A stretch of 39,341 bases of DNA from a virus (IMGVR_UViG_2901984674_000003), one strand, 5' to 3'; numbered from the stretch's first letter, positions 8,336 through 17,339 are shown. Translations and numbers: made by a program. Notes: generated by a model from the sequence alone, not told the origin.

Positions 8336-8857
8336 TTACCCTTCTTCCTTACTCTTAACCAACTTGATTTTTTTGATTTTCTCCTTATAGATAATACTGT
8401 TAATCTCAGATTGTTTGAGAATTGGTACATACTTGTATATAGATGTTATGTTAATATTATCTTCGTTAGTTTCAGTCGATTTAACCCCATCTAATATGTA
8501 TGTGAATACAAAATCTCCTTCTGGGCTATCAGTTATCGCAACCCATAAACACTTCTTGGTTTTGTAGAACTCACCAGCTTTGATATTGTCCGTGTTTTTA
8601 ACCGTAGGATACACTTTCGCATGATCAAATAGCCTAACGTTAACACTCAAATCTTGTGCAACTACAGAATAAGTAATATTGGAACTGTAGTCAGCATAAC
8701 TTGCGATTATATGCAAAACAACGTATTTCTTACCACTGACCTCAACCACGTCGCCGACATTAAGACTTGGGTTCTCAAAGCTTTTTCGCTCAATTCGTAG
8801 CCAAGTAGTTACAGTTTGTCTTCTTTTTTTGCTTGTGATTTTCCCTAACAGTTCCAT
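8336..8857 (-). CDS. hypothetical beta-rich protein
   Basis: 173 aa, AGGAAGG RBS. Confidence 0.65.
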   Translation of the reverse strand: MELLGKITSKKRRQTVTTWLRIERKSFENPSLNVGDVVEVSGKKYVVLHIIASYADYSSNITYSVVAQDLSVNVRLFDHAKVYPTVKNTDNIKAGEFYKTKKCLWVAITDSPEGDFVFTYILDGVKSTETNEDNINITSIYKYVPILKQSEINSIIYKEKIKKIKLVKSKEEG

Positions 8858-8884
8858 AATCTAGCCTTCCTATCTACGTTTTTT

Positions 8885-9430
8885 CTAATCCTTCGCTTCA
8901 TTTTTTACGTATTTAAAAGTCATTAGCATACTTGGGTTTTTAGCCTGCGTAAGCATTTTAGTCAATATTTTTGATTGATATTCAGGCAAACCATCTGGTA
9001 TTTTTAACTCAGCATATTTAATTTCTGTAGTTCCAATTTTGCGTTTATCATCAGTTAAAGCTTCCATATGTACAACGTCAACCTTATCTTTATCAATAAC
9101 TTTTACACCTTTGTTTGTCCTAATCGTATAAAACTCTTTTCCACTAGCTTTTGATAACGAGTATGAGTCAACCTTATATTCAACAGGTTCAGCAGTGTTA
9201 TCGAAATCGTGGATCATCATAAATCTAATTGCAAAAATTTCTAAAAAAGTTAATAGTAAATTGATTACAAACAAAATAGATATTAGCTTGATATTTAGAA
9301 ATGACCCACTAGTTATGAATGTATAGATAACAGCAATTATAAGCTGGATAGTAAAAAATAAGGTACCAGTTGTTGCAAATATATGATTATCTTCGTCTGC
9401 TAGCACCATTGTATATATTAGCTTTTTCAT
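8885..9430 (-). CDS. two-TM membrane protein, paralogue family A
   Basis: Aligns by eye with 3225-3770. Confidence 0.75.
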   Translation of the reverse strand: MKKLIYTMVLADEDNHIFATTGTLFFTIQLIIAVIYTFITSGSFLNIKLISILFVINLLLTFLEIFAIRFMMIHDFDNTAEPVEYKVDSYSLSKASGKEFYTIRTNKGVKVIDKDKVDVVHMEALTDDKRKIGTTEIKYAELKIPDGLPEYQSKILTKMLTQAKNPSMLMTFKYVKNEAKD

Positions 9431-9455
9431 CGAATTTAACCCTCTCTAGCCTTCA

Positions 9456-9600
9456 TGTTTAGTGATCTTCCAATGATGAACTACACACCGATTAAAATTG
9501 GTGGTTTCTGGGAACTCTAGGTAGTATTTAGAACTAAGTCTAACTTACAGAACCTAGATATATTACCATGGTACGTCCCATACCGTTTTGCTTATTTAAG
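9456..9600 (-). ncRNA. TnpB omegaRNA (reRNA) with flank-derived guide starting at 9475
   Basis: Lies between the tnpB 3' end and the right-end hairpin/TCAT; the 5' limit is uncertain and may extend into tnpB. Confidence 0.65.
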
Positions 9601-10864
9601 CTACTTGCTTTAATCCTTTAGCTAAGATGTTTCTAGCTGCGTTAACATCTCTATCGTGATGTGTACCACAATTATTACAAGTCCACTCACGAACATCTAA
9701 TGACTTCTTACCTGTATTTACACCGCAATTAGAACATACTTGTGAAGTGTAATTAGGATTAACTATAATTAGTTGTTTTCCATACCAATTACACTTATAT
9801 TCCAACATGGAACGGAATAAGTACCATGAACCATTAGCGATTGCTTTTGCTAGTTTATGATTTTTCATCATATTCTTAGCTCTCAAATCTTCAATAACGA
9901 TAGTATCGTATTGTTTAACCAACATTGTGGTTAGCTTATGCAAGTAATCTTTACGTGTATTAGCTATTTTAGCTTGTAGTCTAGCCTTAGTTCTTTGTGC
10001 TTTTTGTAGATTTTTAAAATCATTAAAATCTCTAGGAACTAATACTTTAGAGTATTTATCGCTTTCAATACAAACTTTAGCTTGATGTCTACGCTTAGAA
10101 AACTTACGTTGCCACAAGTTAGCTTTTCGTTCTAAATCTTCAACATGGAATGTATCATATTTTATTCCGTCAGAAGAAATAGCCAAATCTGCTACACCTA
10201 AATCTAATCCAACTGCTTTATTTGTCTTAGGTAACAATGCTTGATTTTCACATTCTACCTGTAAAGATAAATAATAACGACCAGTTGTATCATAACTTAG
10301 GGTATAGCGTTTAATTCTACAATCGGTGAGTTGTGATGTTTTGCTAGTTTTGATATATCCTAACTTAGGTAGTTTCATGTATCTTTTAGCTACGATATGA
10401 ATAGTGGATTTACCTGTATATGATTGTTTGTAGAATTTCCTAGACTTAAATCTAGGCTTACCAAAACCAGATTTAAAGAAGTTCTTCCACGCTTGATATA
10501 GATTTTGACAATCTACTTGTAAGGCAGAACTGTCACTTTCTTTTAAGAAAGGATATTCAACTTTTAATGGCTTTAACAACCTATGCAACCTATATTCAGT
10601 CAACATAGGTAAATCTTTGTTGTTTTGATAACGTTCATTCATCATAGCTAACATATTATTCCAAATGAAACGACTATTTCCAAACATAATATCCAATTGT
10701 TCACGTTGTTTCTTATTTGGATAGATACTTAATTTCACACCTTTTAACATCTAACTCACCTCACTATCATTCTGCAAAATTATAATAATAATTTTAACTT
10801 GTATATTATAGTTTTGGGGCTTACATCCCACGATTAAAGTCGTAGGCTTTCAGCCTTATTTTTA
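9476..10864 (-). mobile_element. non-autonomous IS200/IS605-family element (tnpB only, IS1341-like)
   Basis: Left-end hairpin 10827-10846 is preceded by guide AAAG, which predicts a TTAC cleavage site (present at 10868-10865 and 10882-10879). Right-end hairpin 9486-9503 is preceded by GAAA, which predicts TCAT (present at 9479-9476). No tnpA. Confidence 0.85.
9596..10750 (-). CDS. tnpB: TnpB RNA-guided endonuclease
   Basis: N-terminal HTH (IYPNKKQ...FG..RFIWN), RuvC-I GLDLG, RuvC-II IEDL, CxxC/CxxC zinc finger and RuvC-III DRDVNAA all intact. Confidence 0.95.
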   Translation of the reverse strand: MLKGVKLSIYPNKKQREQLDIMFGNSRFIWNNMLAMMNERYQNNKDLPMLTEYRLHRLLKPLKVEYPFLKESDSSALQVDCQNLYQAWKNFFKSGFGKPRFKSRKFYKQSYTGKSTIHIVAKRYMKLPKLGYIKTSKTSQLTDCRIKRYTLSYDTTGRYYLSLQVECENQALLPKTNKAVGLDLGVADLAISSDGIKYDTFHVEDLERKANLWQRKFSKRRHQAKVCIESDKYSKVLVPRDFNDFKNLQKAQRTKARLQAKIANTRKDYLHKLTTMLVKQYDTIVIEDLRAKNMMKNHKLAKAIANGSWYLFRSMLEYKCNWYGKQLIIVNPNYTSQVCSNCGVNTGKKSLDVREWTCNNCGTHHDRDVNAARNILAKGLKQVA

Positions 10865-11043
10865 GTAAATTTCCAATTGTAAGGCAAATCATAGCTCTTA
10901 ATAATTATGAACACATCGCTCACGTTTAGTCCCATCTCTTTTGCCAGCTCTTGCATCAGATAATCTGGGTGCTTGACGCAAAGTTCTTTTAGTTTGTCAA
11001 TTCTTTGTTTGGAATATTTGTCTGTCCTTGACATGATAATCAC
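10834..11043 (-). CDS. small HTH-like protein whose 3' end runs into the IS left end
   Basis: LMQELAKEMGLNVSDV helix-turn-helix-like segment; last codons fall in the IS left-end hairpin. Confidence 0.6.
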   Translation of the reverse strand: MIIMSRTDKYSKQRIDKLKELCVKHPDYLMQELAKEMGLNVSDVFIIIKSYDLPYNWKFTKNKAESLRL

Positions 11044-11097
11044 ACCTTTCTTCTATAATTAATCGAAGTGCAATTTAGACTATTCTTACACTCCGAA

Positions 11098-11301
11098 TTA
11101 ACAATGTCCTTCCTTGTCAAAAATTCTAAATTCAACTTCCAGTTTAGCCATTGTTTCAAAAAACAATGCTATATCTTCTACAATCCATAGTTCAAATAAT
11201 GCTAGATCAAAAAAATAAAATAACCCCATAAGAAATGTAGCTGCGTTTGCTAAAAGTGTTACGATTAACGCTGTAGTCAGTGCTTTACCTAACAATCGCA
11301 T
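11098..11301 (-). CDS. small membrane protein
   Basis: Hydrophobic N-terminal half, GGGGAG RBS. Confidence 0.55.
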   Translation of the reverse strand: MRLLGKALTTALIVTLLANAATFLMGLFYFFDLALFELWIVEDIALFFETMAKLEVEFRIFDKEGHC

Positions 11302-11321
11302 AACAATCTCCCCTTTGCTGT

Positions 11322-11435
11322 TTACTTAGCTGTTGGTTTTGCTTTTTCTAATTGCTTTTCTTCTAGCTTTTTCTTGATACGTCTTTGCTTCTTCTTAACG
11401 TATGATCGTTTGTGTTTTTTAGCCTTTTTACCCAT
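11322..11435 (-). CDS. 37-aa very basic peptide (MGKKAKKHKRSYVKKKQRRIKKKLEEKQLEKAKPTAK), not in the ORF track
   Basis: GAAAGGA RBS 8 nt before ATG; fills the gap between neighbours. Confidence 0.7.
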   Translation of the reverse strand: MGKKAKKHKRSYVKKKQRRIKKKLEEKQLEKAKPTAK

Positions 11436-11553
11436 TATTTCAGTCCTTTCAAATTAATTAATAATCATAGTTGATCTTAGCTTCTATCCTAATTATCAGC
11501 TGTACCAAATCTATAATTGAATTTTTAGCTTGTACAGAAGTTAGCTCCTTGTC

Positions 11554-11988
11554 TTAATAGTCATACTTATACGTTGTTACAATCAGTTCTGACGGTGGAT
11601 TATACATTAGAAATAATCTTTGCCAAAAATGTTGGTTACTTTTGGTTTTTCTAAGTTCTACCGACTTAGTACCGTCTTTGTGCTTACTGTTAGGCAACTT
11701 GTTTTCACGAACCACTCTAGCTGTAAGAGTTAGCGTCTTTCCATCTTTCGTTTTGATATTATACTTATCAGCTAAAATTCCTCTATCTTCTACCATGGTG
11801 TAATGCTTGACCTCAACTAATTTTGGCTCGTAGTACCTACTATCAGCTGGCATCACACCTAAAATTTGAGTCATTGGAGCGATGAAAAACAAGCTAATTG
11901 TAACTACGAAAAATAGTAAGTCAAAAAACTTGTCCCATAGTTTGTCTGAAAGCATTCCTACACACCTCTCCCATATCTTTTCTTCCAA
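11554..11988 (-). CDS. membrane protein, distant member of paralogue family A
   Basis: TM segment then Y.IKTKDG...SKHKDGT motif. Confidence 0.6.
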   Translation of the reverse strand: MEEKIWERCVGMLSDKLWDKFFDLLFFVVTISLFFIAPMTQILGVMPADSRYYEPKLVEVKHYTMVEDRGILADKYNIKTKDGKTLTLTARVVRENKLPNSKHKDGTKSVELRKTKSNQHFWQRLFLMYNPPSELIVTTYKYDY

Positions 11989-12458
11989 GCATTATACGTG
12001 TAGTATTTCTTACCGTTGATTAATTTGTGTAACCTAACAGCTTCACTAATCAAATAAGTTGACTTGCCTGTTTCCATTTGCAAATGTCCGTACAACTTGT
12101 TTTTATTATGGTAGACCTTATATGTTTCTGTCATTTGATCTACTTCATAGATACGTGATTTTCTTTCGTAATATCTATCAATAACTTCTCTTAGACCTAA
12201 TTTTTCAGTACGGTAGTAGTTATAGGTGATTCCAGCCTTAGCAAAAGCAGGGGCTGGTGCTACGTCATCTTCAATTAGACGTCTAATCTTGTCGATAATT
12301 TCAGGTGTAACTTCAACAGTTTGGTACTTTTCATTCCTTGCATTAAGAATTACCTGCCTGTCTTTTTCAAGGTAAGATGGAACTCCTGATATATTTTCGT
12401 CCCACTCTAAAATTGGTTTCCAAGCTTCTAACCGTATTACACTTTCTGTCACACTCAT
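11958..12458 (-). CDS. putative DNA-binding protein, paralogue of 14124-14675
   Basis: Shared RLE.WKPI.EWD..ISGVP.YLEKDRQ.ILNAR; C-terminus resembles NUMOD1-type helical domains. Confidence 0.7.
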   Translation of the reverse strand: MSVTESVIRLEAWKPILEWDENISGVPSYLEKDRQVILNARNEKYQTVEVTPEIIDKIRRLIEDDVAPAPAFAKAGITYNYYRTEKLGLREVIDRYYERKSRIYEVDQMTETYKVYHNKNKLYGHLQMETGKSTYLISEAVRLHKLINGKKYYTYNAWKKRYGRGV

Positions 12459-12491
12459 TGCTACACCTCCTTCTTATACTTTGTACTAGCC

Positions 12492-12746
12492 CTACCGTGG
12501 TTGAGTTTCATAAGCATATAAATCAAGCCTATATTCAGAATATCTACCAAAGCCTAGTTTAGTTTTGTCTGGTAGCAATCTTCCAGTTTGATCTAGCTGC
12601 TTGAATAACTTCTTAGTAACTTCAAAATGCGTTGCTTTAGCTTGAAGATACTTGATAGCTTTACTCTTTGAATAAAATGTTTTTTGTTTATTTAACTTTT
12701 CGTCCTTACTTAGCTCGTAAGGATTGATAATCTCTTGTTTTTGCAT
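12492..12746 (-). CDS. hypothetical protein
   Basis: 84 aa, GGAG RBS. Confidence 0.6.
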   Translation of the reverse strand: MQKQEIINPYELSKDEKLNKQKTFYSKSKAIKYLQAKATHFEVTKKLFKQLDQTGRLLPDKTKLGFGRYSEYRLDLYAYETQPR

Positions 12747-12749
12747 GTT

Positions 12750-12953
12750 TTACTCTCCATTTACCATTTTTATAAAAAGCACAATGACACAAATGACTAT
12801 TGATGTAAATGCAGGAGCATAGATTAATGCGAATAATACTTCTGCATGTTCTATTTTTGGTTGGAATATTTTTAAGTGTGGTAGTGTCAAAGCTAAAATT
12901 ACAGTCATAGCCAATAATATTAGGGTCAATACAATATACATCACCTTTACCAT
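12750..12953 (-). CDS. small two-TM membrane protein
   Basis: 67 aa, two hydrophobic segments, AAGGAG RBS. Confidence 0.65.
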   Translation of the reverse strand: MVKVMYIVLTLILLAMTVILALTLPHLKIFQPKIEHAEVLFALIYAPAFTSIVICVIVLFIKMVNGE

Positions 12954-12961
12954 CTCCTTTT

Positions 12962-13258
12962 TTACAATGCTAGTGTTTCTTTGATTACTACAGCAATATG
13001 AACTCTACCACTAGCTAATACTTTTTTCGTCATCTCTTTATCAAAATTTAGCATGAATTTAGAGCCATCTTTTTCTAAGATAAAATGCTCAGTTACATCT
13101 TTGCCTTCTTGTTTGACTTCCACTAGTTCTACAGCTGTTACGTTGTTAGAAATACTGTTGCCCACAGCGTATCTGGTAACCTTTTTAGCTTCGTTAGGAT
13201 CTAGTTTAGGTAAGTCCATGCTAAGGTAGTATGTGGCTGTGTTTACATTGTCTGCCAT
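12962..13258 (-). CDS. hypothetical protein
   Basis: 98 aa, GAAGGT RBS. Confidence 0.65.
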   Translation of the reverse strand: MADNVNTATYYLSMDLPKLDPNEAKKVTRYAVGNSISNNVTAVELVEVKQEGKDVTEHFILEKDGSKFMLNFDKEMTKKVLASGRVHIAVVIKETLAL

Positions 13259-13276
13259 GATTTTTACCTTCTTTTT

Positions 13277-13825
13277 TTAGACTTCATCAATTAATTTTTC
13301 ACAAGCTTGCACGACTTGTTTAACTTGACTAGGGTTTAGAAAAGCTTTGTTATAACAATTAACTTGCCATGTTGGTTTAGGCTTTAACCCACTGTAGTAC
13401 CATTCAAGAACTTCTGGCTGTAAGAAAACTGAATATCCAGGGTAGCCAAAACTTCCGTGCGTTTCTTTAGTGATAATTGCATGCAAAATCATGTGTTCAA
13501 CAGCGTCGCAGTAAACCAAGTTCTCTTTTCTTTGCCAATCGAACGGATAGCCAAAGTGTTGTAAATAGGTTTTGTTAGCTAGGTTTAGACCTTGGTTTTC
13601 CATAACGTGATGACAGTACAATCCTTCTTTAGTTCGGCTGATTGACTTACCCTTAACCAAAGTCTTGCGCTCGCCTAGTATAAAGCTTGTATAACTATCT
13701 TCGGTAAAGTAATCTTCTATAGCTCCACCATACTTTTTCTTTAGCGTATCTACAGCTTGTTGGTATGGCATTTTAGCCAACTCTAAATATCCCTTAAATC
13801 GTTGCTCTTGACTTTCGTTTTGCAT
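13277..13825 (-). CDS. HNH-like nuclease-fold protein
   Basis: GLYCHHV.E...ENLVYC...EHMILH arrangement (HH...N...H...H); AGGAGG RBS. Confidence 0.55.
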   Translation of the reverse strand: MQNESQEQRFKGYLELAKMPYQQAVDTLKKKYGGAIEDYFTEDSYTSFILGERKTLVKGKSISRTKEGLYCHHVMENQGLNLANKTYLQHFGYPFDWQRKENLVYCDAVEHMILHAIITKETHGSFGYPGYSVFLQPEVLEWYYSGLKPKPTWQVNCYNKAFLNPSQVKQVVQACEKLIDEV

Positions 13826-13839
13826 AACGTTTCCTCCTT

Positions 13840-14070
13840 CTAATATTTGCGTAAATAATCTTTAATAACGGCTAATTTTTGCTTTTGTGTTAACTTCTCA
13901 AATTCTTTTCTTTGCTTTTTATCTAGCTCTTGCGTAAACCTGTCATAAACGTTGCAAGGCTCTTTTTTATCCTTTGTTTCTACCATATAATCACATTCTT
14001 TCTGTTTCCAAAGAAATCTAAAATACGATACTTTAAGCTTGCAAACTACCGTTGGATCAACGTTTTTCAT
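13840..14070 (-). CDS. hypothetical protein, probably leaderless
   Basis: ATG lies 7 nt downstream of a TATAAT box; no RBS. Confidence 0.6.
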   Translation of the reverse strand: MKNVDPTVVCKLKVSYFRFLWKQKECDYMVETKDKKEPCNVYDRFTQELDKKQRKEFEKLTQKQKLAVIKDYLRKY

Positions 14071-14076
14071 ACCTTT

Positions 14077-14127
14077 ATTATATATCGTTACTCAATATTA
14101 AACAATGTTTTTTGTTAACTTTTTCAA
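14077..14127 (-). promoter_or_regulatory. sigma70-type promoter with upstream TTGAAAAAGTT box
   Basis: TTGTTT(14105-14100)-17 nt-TATAAT(14082-14077); box at 14127-14117. Confidence 0.75.
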
Positions 14128-14675
14128 TTTACTGTTACTAAAGACCAATCACCATCAAAATCAAACTTTGATTCCATGTTTTCTTTCTTCCATGTTTTAT
14201 ACGTGTAATAAGTCATGCCTTTCATCATAATATGAAGTTGCATTAAATTCTTAATTGACGATACGGTTTTGTTTGTTTCTTCGTGTATGCGTCTGATTAA
14301 GCCCACACGGTCATGATAAATTCTCACCACTTTGTTCTTTTCGTCTATTTCATAAACCCTTGACGTTCTTTCTTTATAAGCGTCAATTGTATCTTTCAAA
14401 CCTAGTTGAACCGCTCTGTTATAATCATAACTCATCTTAACTTCTCTAAAAGCAAACGTAGGTGAGTTATCTTCTTCAATTAATTTCTTGGCTTTTTTAA
14501 GCCTGCGATCAAAGCTTAGTTCTTTCCAATTAAGCTCTACTCTAGCGTTTAGAATTATCTGCCTATCCTTTTCTAAATAAGGCGGAACTCCTGAAATATC
14601 ATCGTCCCACTCAGAGATAGGCTTCCAATTTTCTAAGCGACTTACGCTTGGAACGATATTTCTCACGACACTCAC
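14124..14675 (-). CDS. putative DNA-binding protein, paralogue of 11958-12458 (GTG start at 14675 or 14666)
   Basis: N-terminal identity with the paralogue begins at VSV; the track start lies in a structured non-coding motif. Confidence 0.7.
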   Translation of the reverse strand: MSVVRNIVPSVSRLENWKPISEWDDDISGVPPYLEKDRQIILNARVELNWKELSFDRRLKKAKKLIEEDNSPTFAFREVKMSYDYNRAVQLGLKDTIDAYKERTSRVYEIDEKNKVVRIYHDRVGLIRRIHEETNKTVSSIKNLMQLHIMMKGMTYYTYKTWKKENMESKFDFDGDWSLVTVN

Positions 14676-14710
14676 TTCCTTTTTTGTATGTAGTAGTTGC
14701 TTCAGCAAAT

Positions 14711-14763
14711 ACCCTGCCGTACTCTCAAAAATACGTGAACTCTCAAATCGTGGTATGCAGGGC
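14711..14763. repeat. fourth copy of the ~53-nt stem motif
   Basis: CCCTGC...TCTCAAAA...CG(T/C)GAACTCTCAAATC(G/A)TGGT...CAGGGC closely matches 2681-2732. Confidence 0.8.
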
Positions 14764-14933
14764 GGTGTTGCAAAGCGTCAATATAACGCATGGAAGGAAA
14801 ATGTACCACACTTCCCTTCGCTTTAGATTTGCCTTACAACACACAACAGTAGAACCTAGTTGCTGTTGGTTGGGACGGTTCTACTGCTAATGACCCAGCA
14901 CTCTTTGACAAGTGTTGAGCCTACGGTTAGTTA

Positions 14934-17339
14934 CTATTCTTCGTCATCACGAATGGAATAGAACTTACCAGGGTTCTTTATAAGTTCGTTTACGTTATCC
15001 ACTTCTGGTAAAGCAAAGTCTTCTTCAGTAAATTCTCGCTTGATTTCTTTCTTGTAATCACGTAATTCTTTGCCTTCATTTACAGCTTCTAACAATCCTG
15101 TGAAATCACTTAGCTCCATGCCATTCTTAGCTGTGATTTCCTTGTCACCACTTTGTTTGTAGTAATTTGCAATCCATAAAGCAAGCTTTGGAGAAAAGTA
15201 GATCTTTTGCTTTAGCAATGTTTCTAAATCAAGCACTGTGTTATACCAGTCGTTGTGCTTAGTTCTAACCCTTCTTTTTGGATCTTCTAAGATGGTACGT
15301 AACTGTCTGGCTTGCTTGTAGTATGGTAGCTTGACCTTAAGCATGTTTCTAGTACCATAAATAACAAAGCCTTCAACGTCGGTACGATTTTGCTGTTCAT
15401 CTATAAACTTACGTAATTCATCTGGAGTATTGAATTTTTGATACTCTAGGTTAAGATGTTTATCCATTAAGTCTAGTCTAACCTTACCTTCTTTGTCATT
15501 ATTAACGATCGCCAAAGGCATGATAATGTAGTCATATAAAGGGTAATCCTTGCTGTAATCAATGATATGTTCGTTGTACTTGACGTTAATAACTTCAAAC
15601 AACACTGAGGTATTACGGTTGTCTGGATCTTTGTAAAAGCTAGTTAAGTTCTCACCTAAATTTTTGCCGATACCGTAAGGATAAAGTTTCTTGTCAAACA
15701 TAAGGGCTTTACCAATTAACATACTATGAAAGCTGCTTCCACCCTTAGATAAAAAGTGAATATTACCATCTTTTTTATCGTAAAAAGCAATCATTAAAAA
15801 TCCGTTCCACTTAGTGTAGACTCTAGCTGGATAACCAACATTTTCTAAGGTTGACGTAGGTGTTTGTCCTTCGTTGAAGAACTTCTTAAACCCACGGCCA
15901 ACAATCTTGTCCCCACGAGTGAACAAACCTCTAGCGTTAGTTGTAGTTGGAGTCCAACGATTGTTGTTAAACACTTCTCTAGTAAAGTTGTGAGCTATAA
16001 TGCCATCACCAATGTCAACGTCACGTATATCTTCGTCATTGAATACATCTTCTACAAAGTTAGATACATTTGTTCTGGCTACGGTTGAAATAGATGTCTT
16101 TACACCATTTTCAGCTAACTTTAGTTCATAGTATGGGACAAAATCATCATTACATAGGTTAATGATATTGTTATTATCGTCTGGCTTGTACGCAAATACA
16201 TTACGATGCCCATGAATTTGTTCTACTGGATCTTCAACGTTTGTTGTAGCGTTAGCATAAGTCTTATCAACATCACGATCATAAGGTGAGCCAGTTTCTT
16301 TAAGGTTAATACCTAAAGTAAACACACTTTCATTTAACAGATGTAACGGCTTATCCATAGCTACAGGTTCAATGCCAGCATGACTAACCAAGTACTTCTT
16401 GCCATTAAAGCTAAAAGTAAGGTAATCTTCCAAACGCTTAGTATAGTTGGATAGCAGTTCATCTAAATCGTCTTTAGAACCTACTTCATCTAATAATGTA
16501 GGATAGGTTATACGTCCAAATTGGCCGCTAAAATTACCTGTTGTTAGGTATTCTTCAATGCGTTGTTCGTGGTTGCCACGTAAGAAAAAGATGTTATTTC
16601 CCTTTAAAACATTAGCAAACTTCAACGTTTCTAAATTTTTAGTACCACGGTCTAGCAAATCTCCGCAGAAAACGTAAGCTGTACCTCGTTTATGGTTAGC
16701 AAAGATTTCGTTTAAACCATCATACTCACCGTGAACATCACCGATAACCTTAATACAATCAAACTTATCACTAAAATCTGGATATTCAATTGTATTAAGG
16801 CTTTCTTCTAACCTTGAAACACAATCTTTAGGATCTAGCACCTTGACCCATTGTGGAATTTGCTTTTTATGTGCGTACCAACGGTTAACATACCTTGTAA
16901 TAACTTCTCTACCAACTTGACGTGTACGTTTGGAATCACGCTTGACAAACTCGTCGATTAAAGCGTTCATGCTACCATATTTCTTGGCTTGGTAGCTCAT
17001 AAAATCAACTAAGTAAACCTTATACCTATACTTAATCCTAAGCTTATTGAATTGTCTAAACGCTCCACGATACAACATAGTGCTATCAACAAATGTTGTT
17101 TCACCGTTTTGCATACGTCTTTCTACAGCTTGATAAATTGTGTCCCATACCAAGTGTTCATTGTTTTGATTAATTTCGTGTTTATGTAGCTTTTCACTTG
17201 TATCTAGTGCTAAGCTATAGTTACCAAAAAGCGTTCGTACCTTATCAGCAACGATTGTATAATCTTCTAAATTATGTTCTTTAATAAATGTAGACTTCCC
17301 ACTAGCAGGAGATCCCATTGTTAGATATAACTCTCGCAT
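14934..17339 (-). CDS. polynucleotide kinase - metallophosphoesterase - T4 Rnl1-like RNA ligase fusion (RNA repair enzyme)
   Basis: P-loop GSPASGKST; GDVHG/GDLLDRG/GNHE phosphoesterase motifs; ARGLF...KFFN...KWNG ligase motifs. Confidence 0.85.
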   Translation of the reverse strand: MRELYLTMGSPASGKSTFIKEHNLEDYTIVADKVRTLFGNYSLALDTSEKLHKHEINQNNEHLVWDTIYQAVERRMQNGETTFVDSTMLYRGAFRQFNKLRIKYRYKVYLVDFMSYQAKKYGSMNALIDEFVKRDSKRTRQVGREVITRYVNRWYAHKKQIPQWVKVLDPKDCVSRLEESLNTIEYPDFSDKFDCIKVIGDVHGEYDGLNEIFANHKRGTAYVFCGDLLDRGTKNLETLKFANVLKGNNIFFLRGNHEQRIEEYLTTGNFSGQFGRITYPTLLDEVGSKDDLDELLSNYTKRLEDYLTFSFNGKKYLVSHAGIEPVAMDKPLHLLNESVFTLGINLKETGSPYDRDVDKTYANATTNVEDPVEQIHGHRNVFAYKPDDNNNIINLCNDDFVPYYELKLAENGVKTSISTVARTNVSNFVEDVFNDEDIRDVDIGDGIIAHNFTREVFNNNRWTPTTTNARGLFTRGDKIVGRGFKKFFNEGQTPTSTLENVGYPARVYTKWNGFLMIAFYDKKDGNIHFLSKGGSSFHSMLIGKALMFDKKLYPYGIGKNLGENLTSFYKDPDNRNTSVLFEVINVKYNEHIIDYSKDYPLYDYIIMPLAIVNNDKEGKVRLDLMDKHLNLEYQKFNTPDELRKFIDEQQNRTDVEGFVIYGTRNMLKVKLPYYKQARQLRTILEDPKRRVRTKHNDWYNTVLDLETLLKQKIYFSPKLALWIANYYKQSGDKEITAKNGMELSDFTGLLEAVNEGKELRDYKKEIKREFTEEDFALPEVDNVNELIKNPGKFYSIRDDEE

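Noticed and set aside
11450-11553. Short frame ending ...KINYDY* resembling the end of 11554-11988
   Set aside because: No convincing start and the similarity is too short; at most a decayed duplicate.
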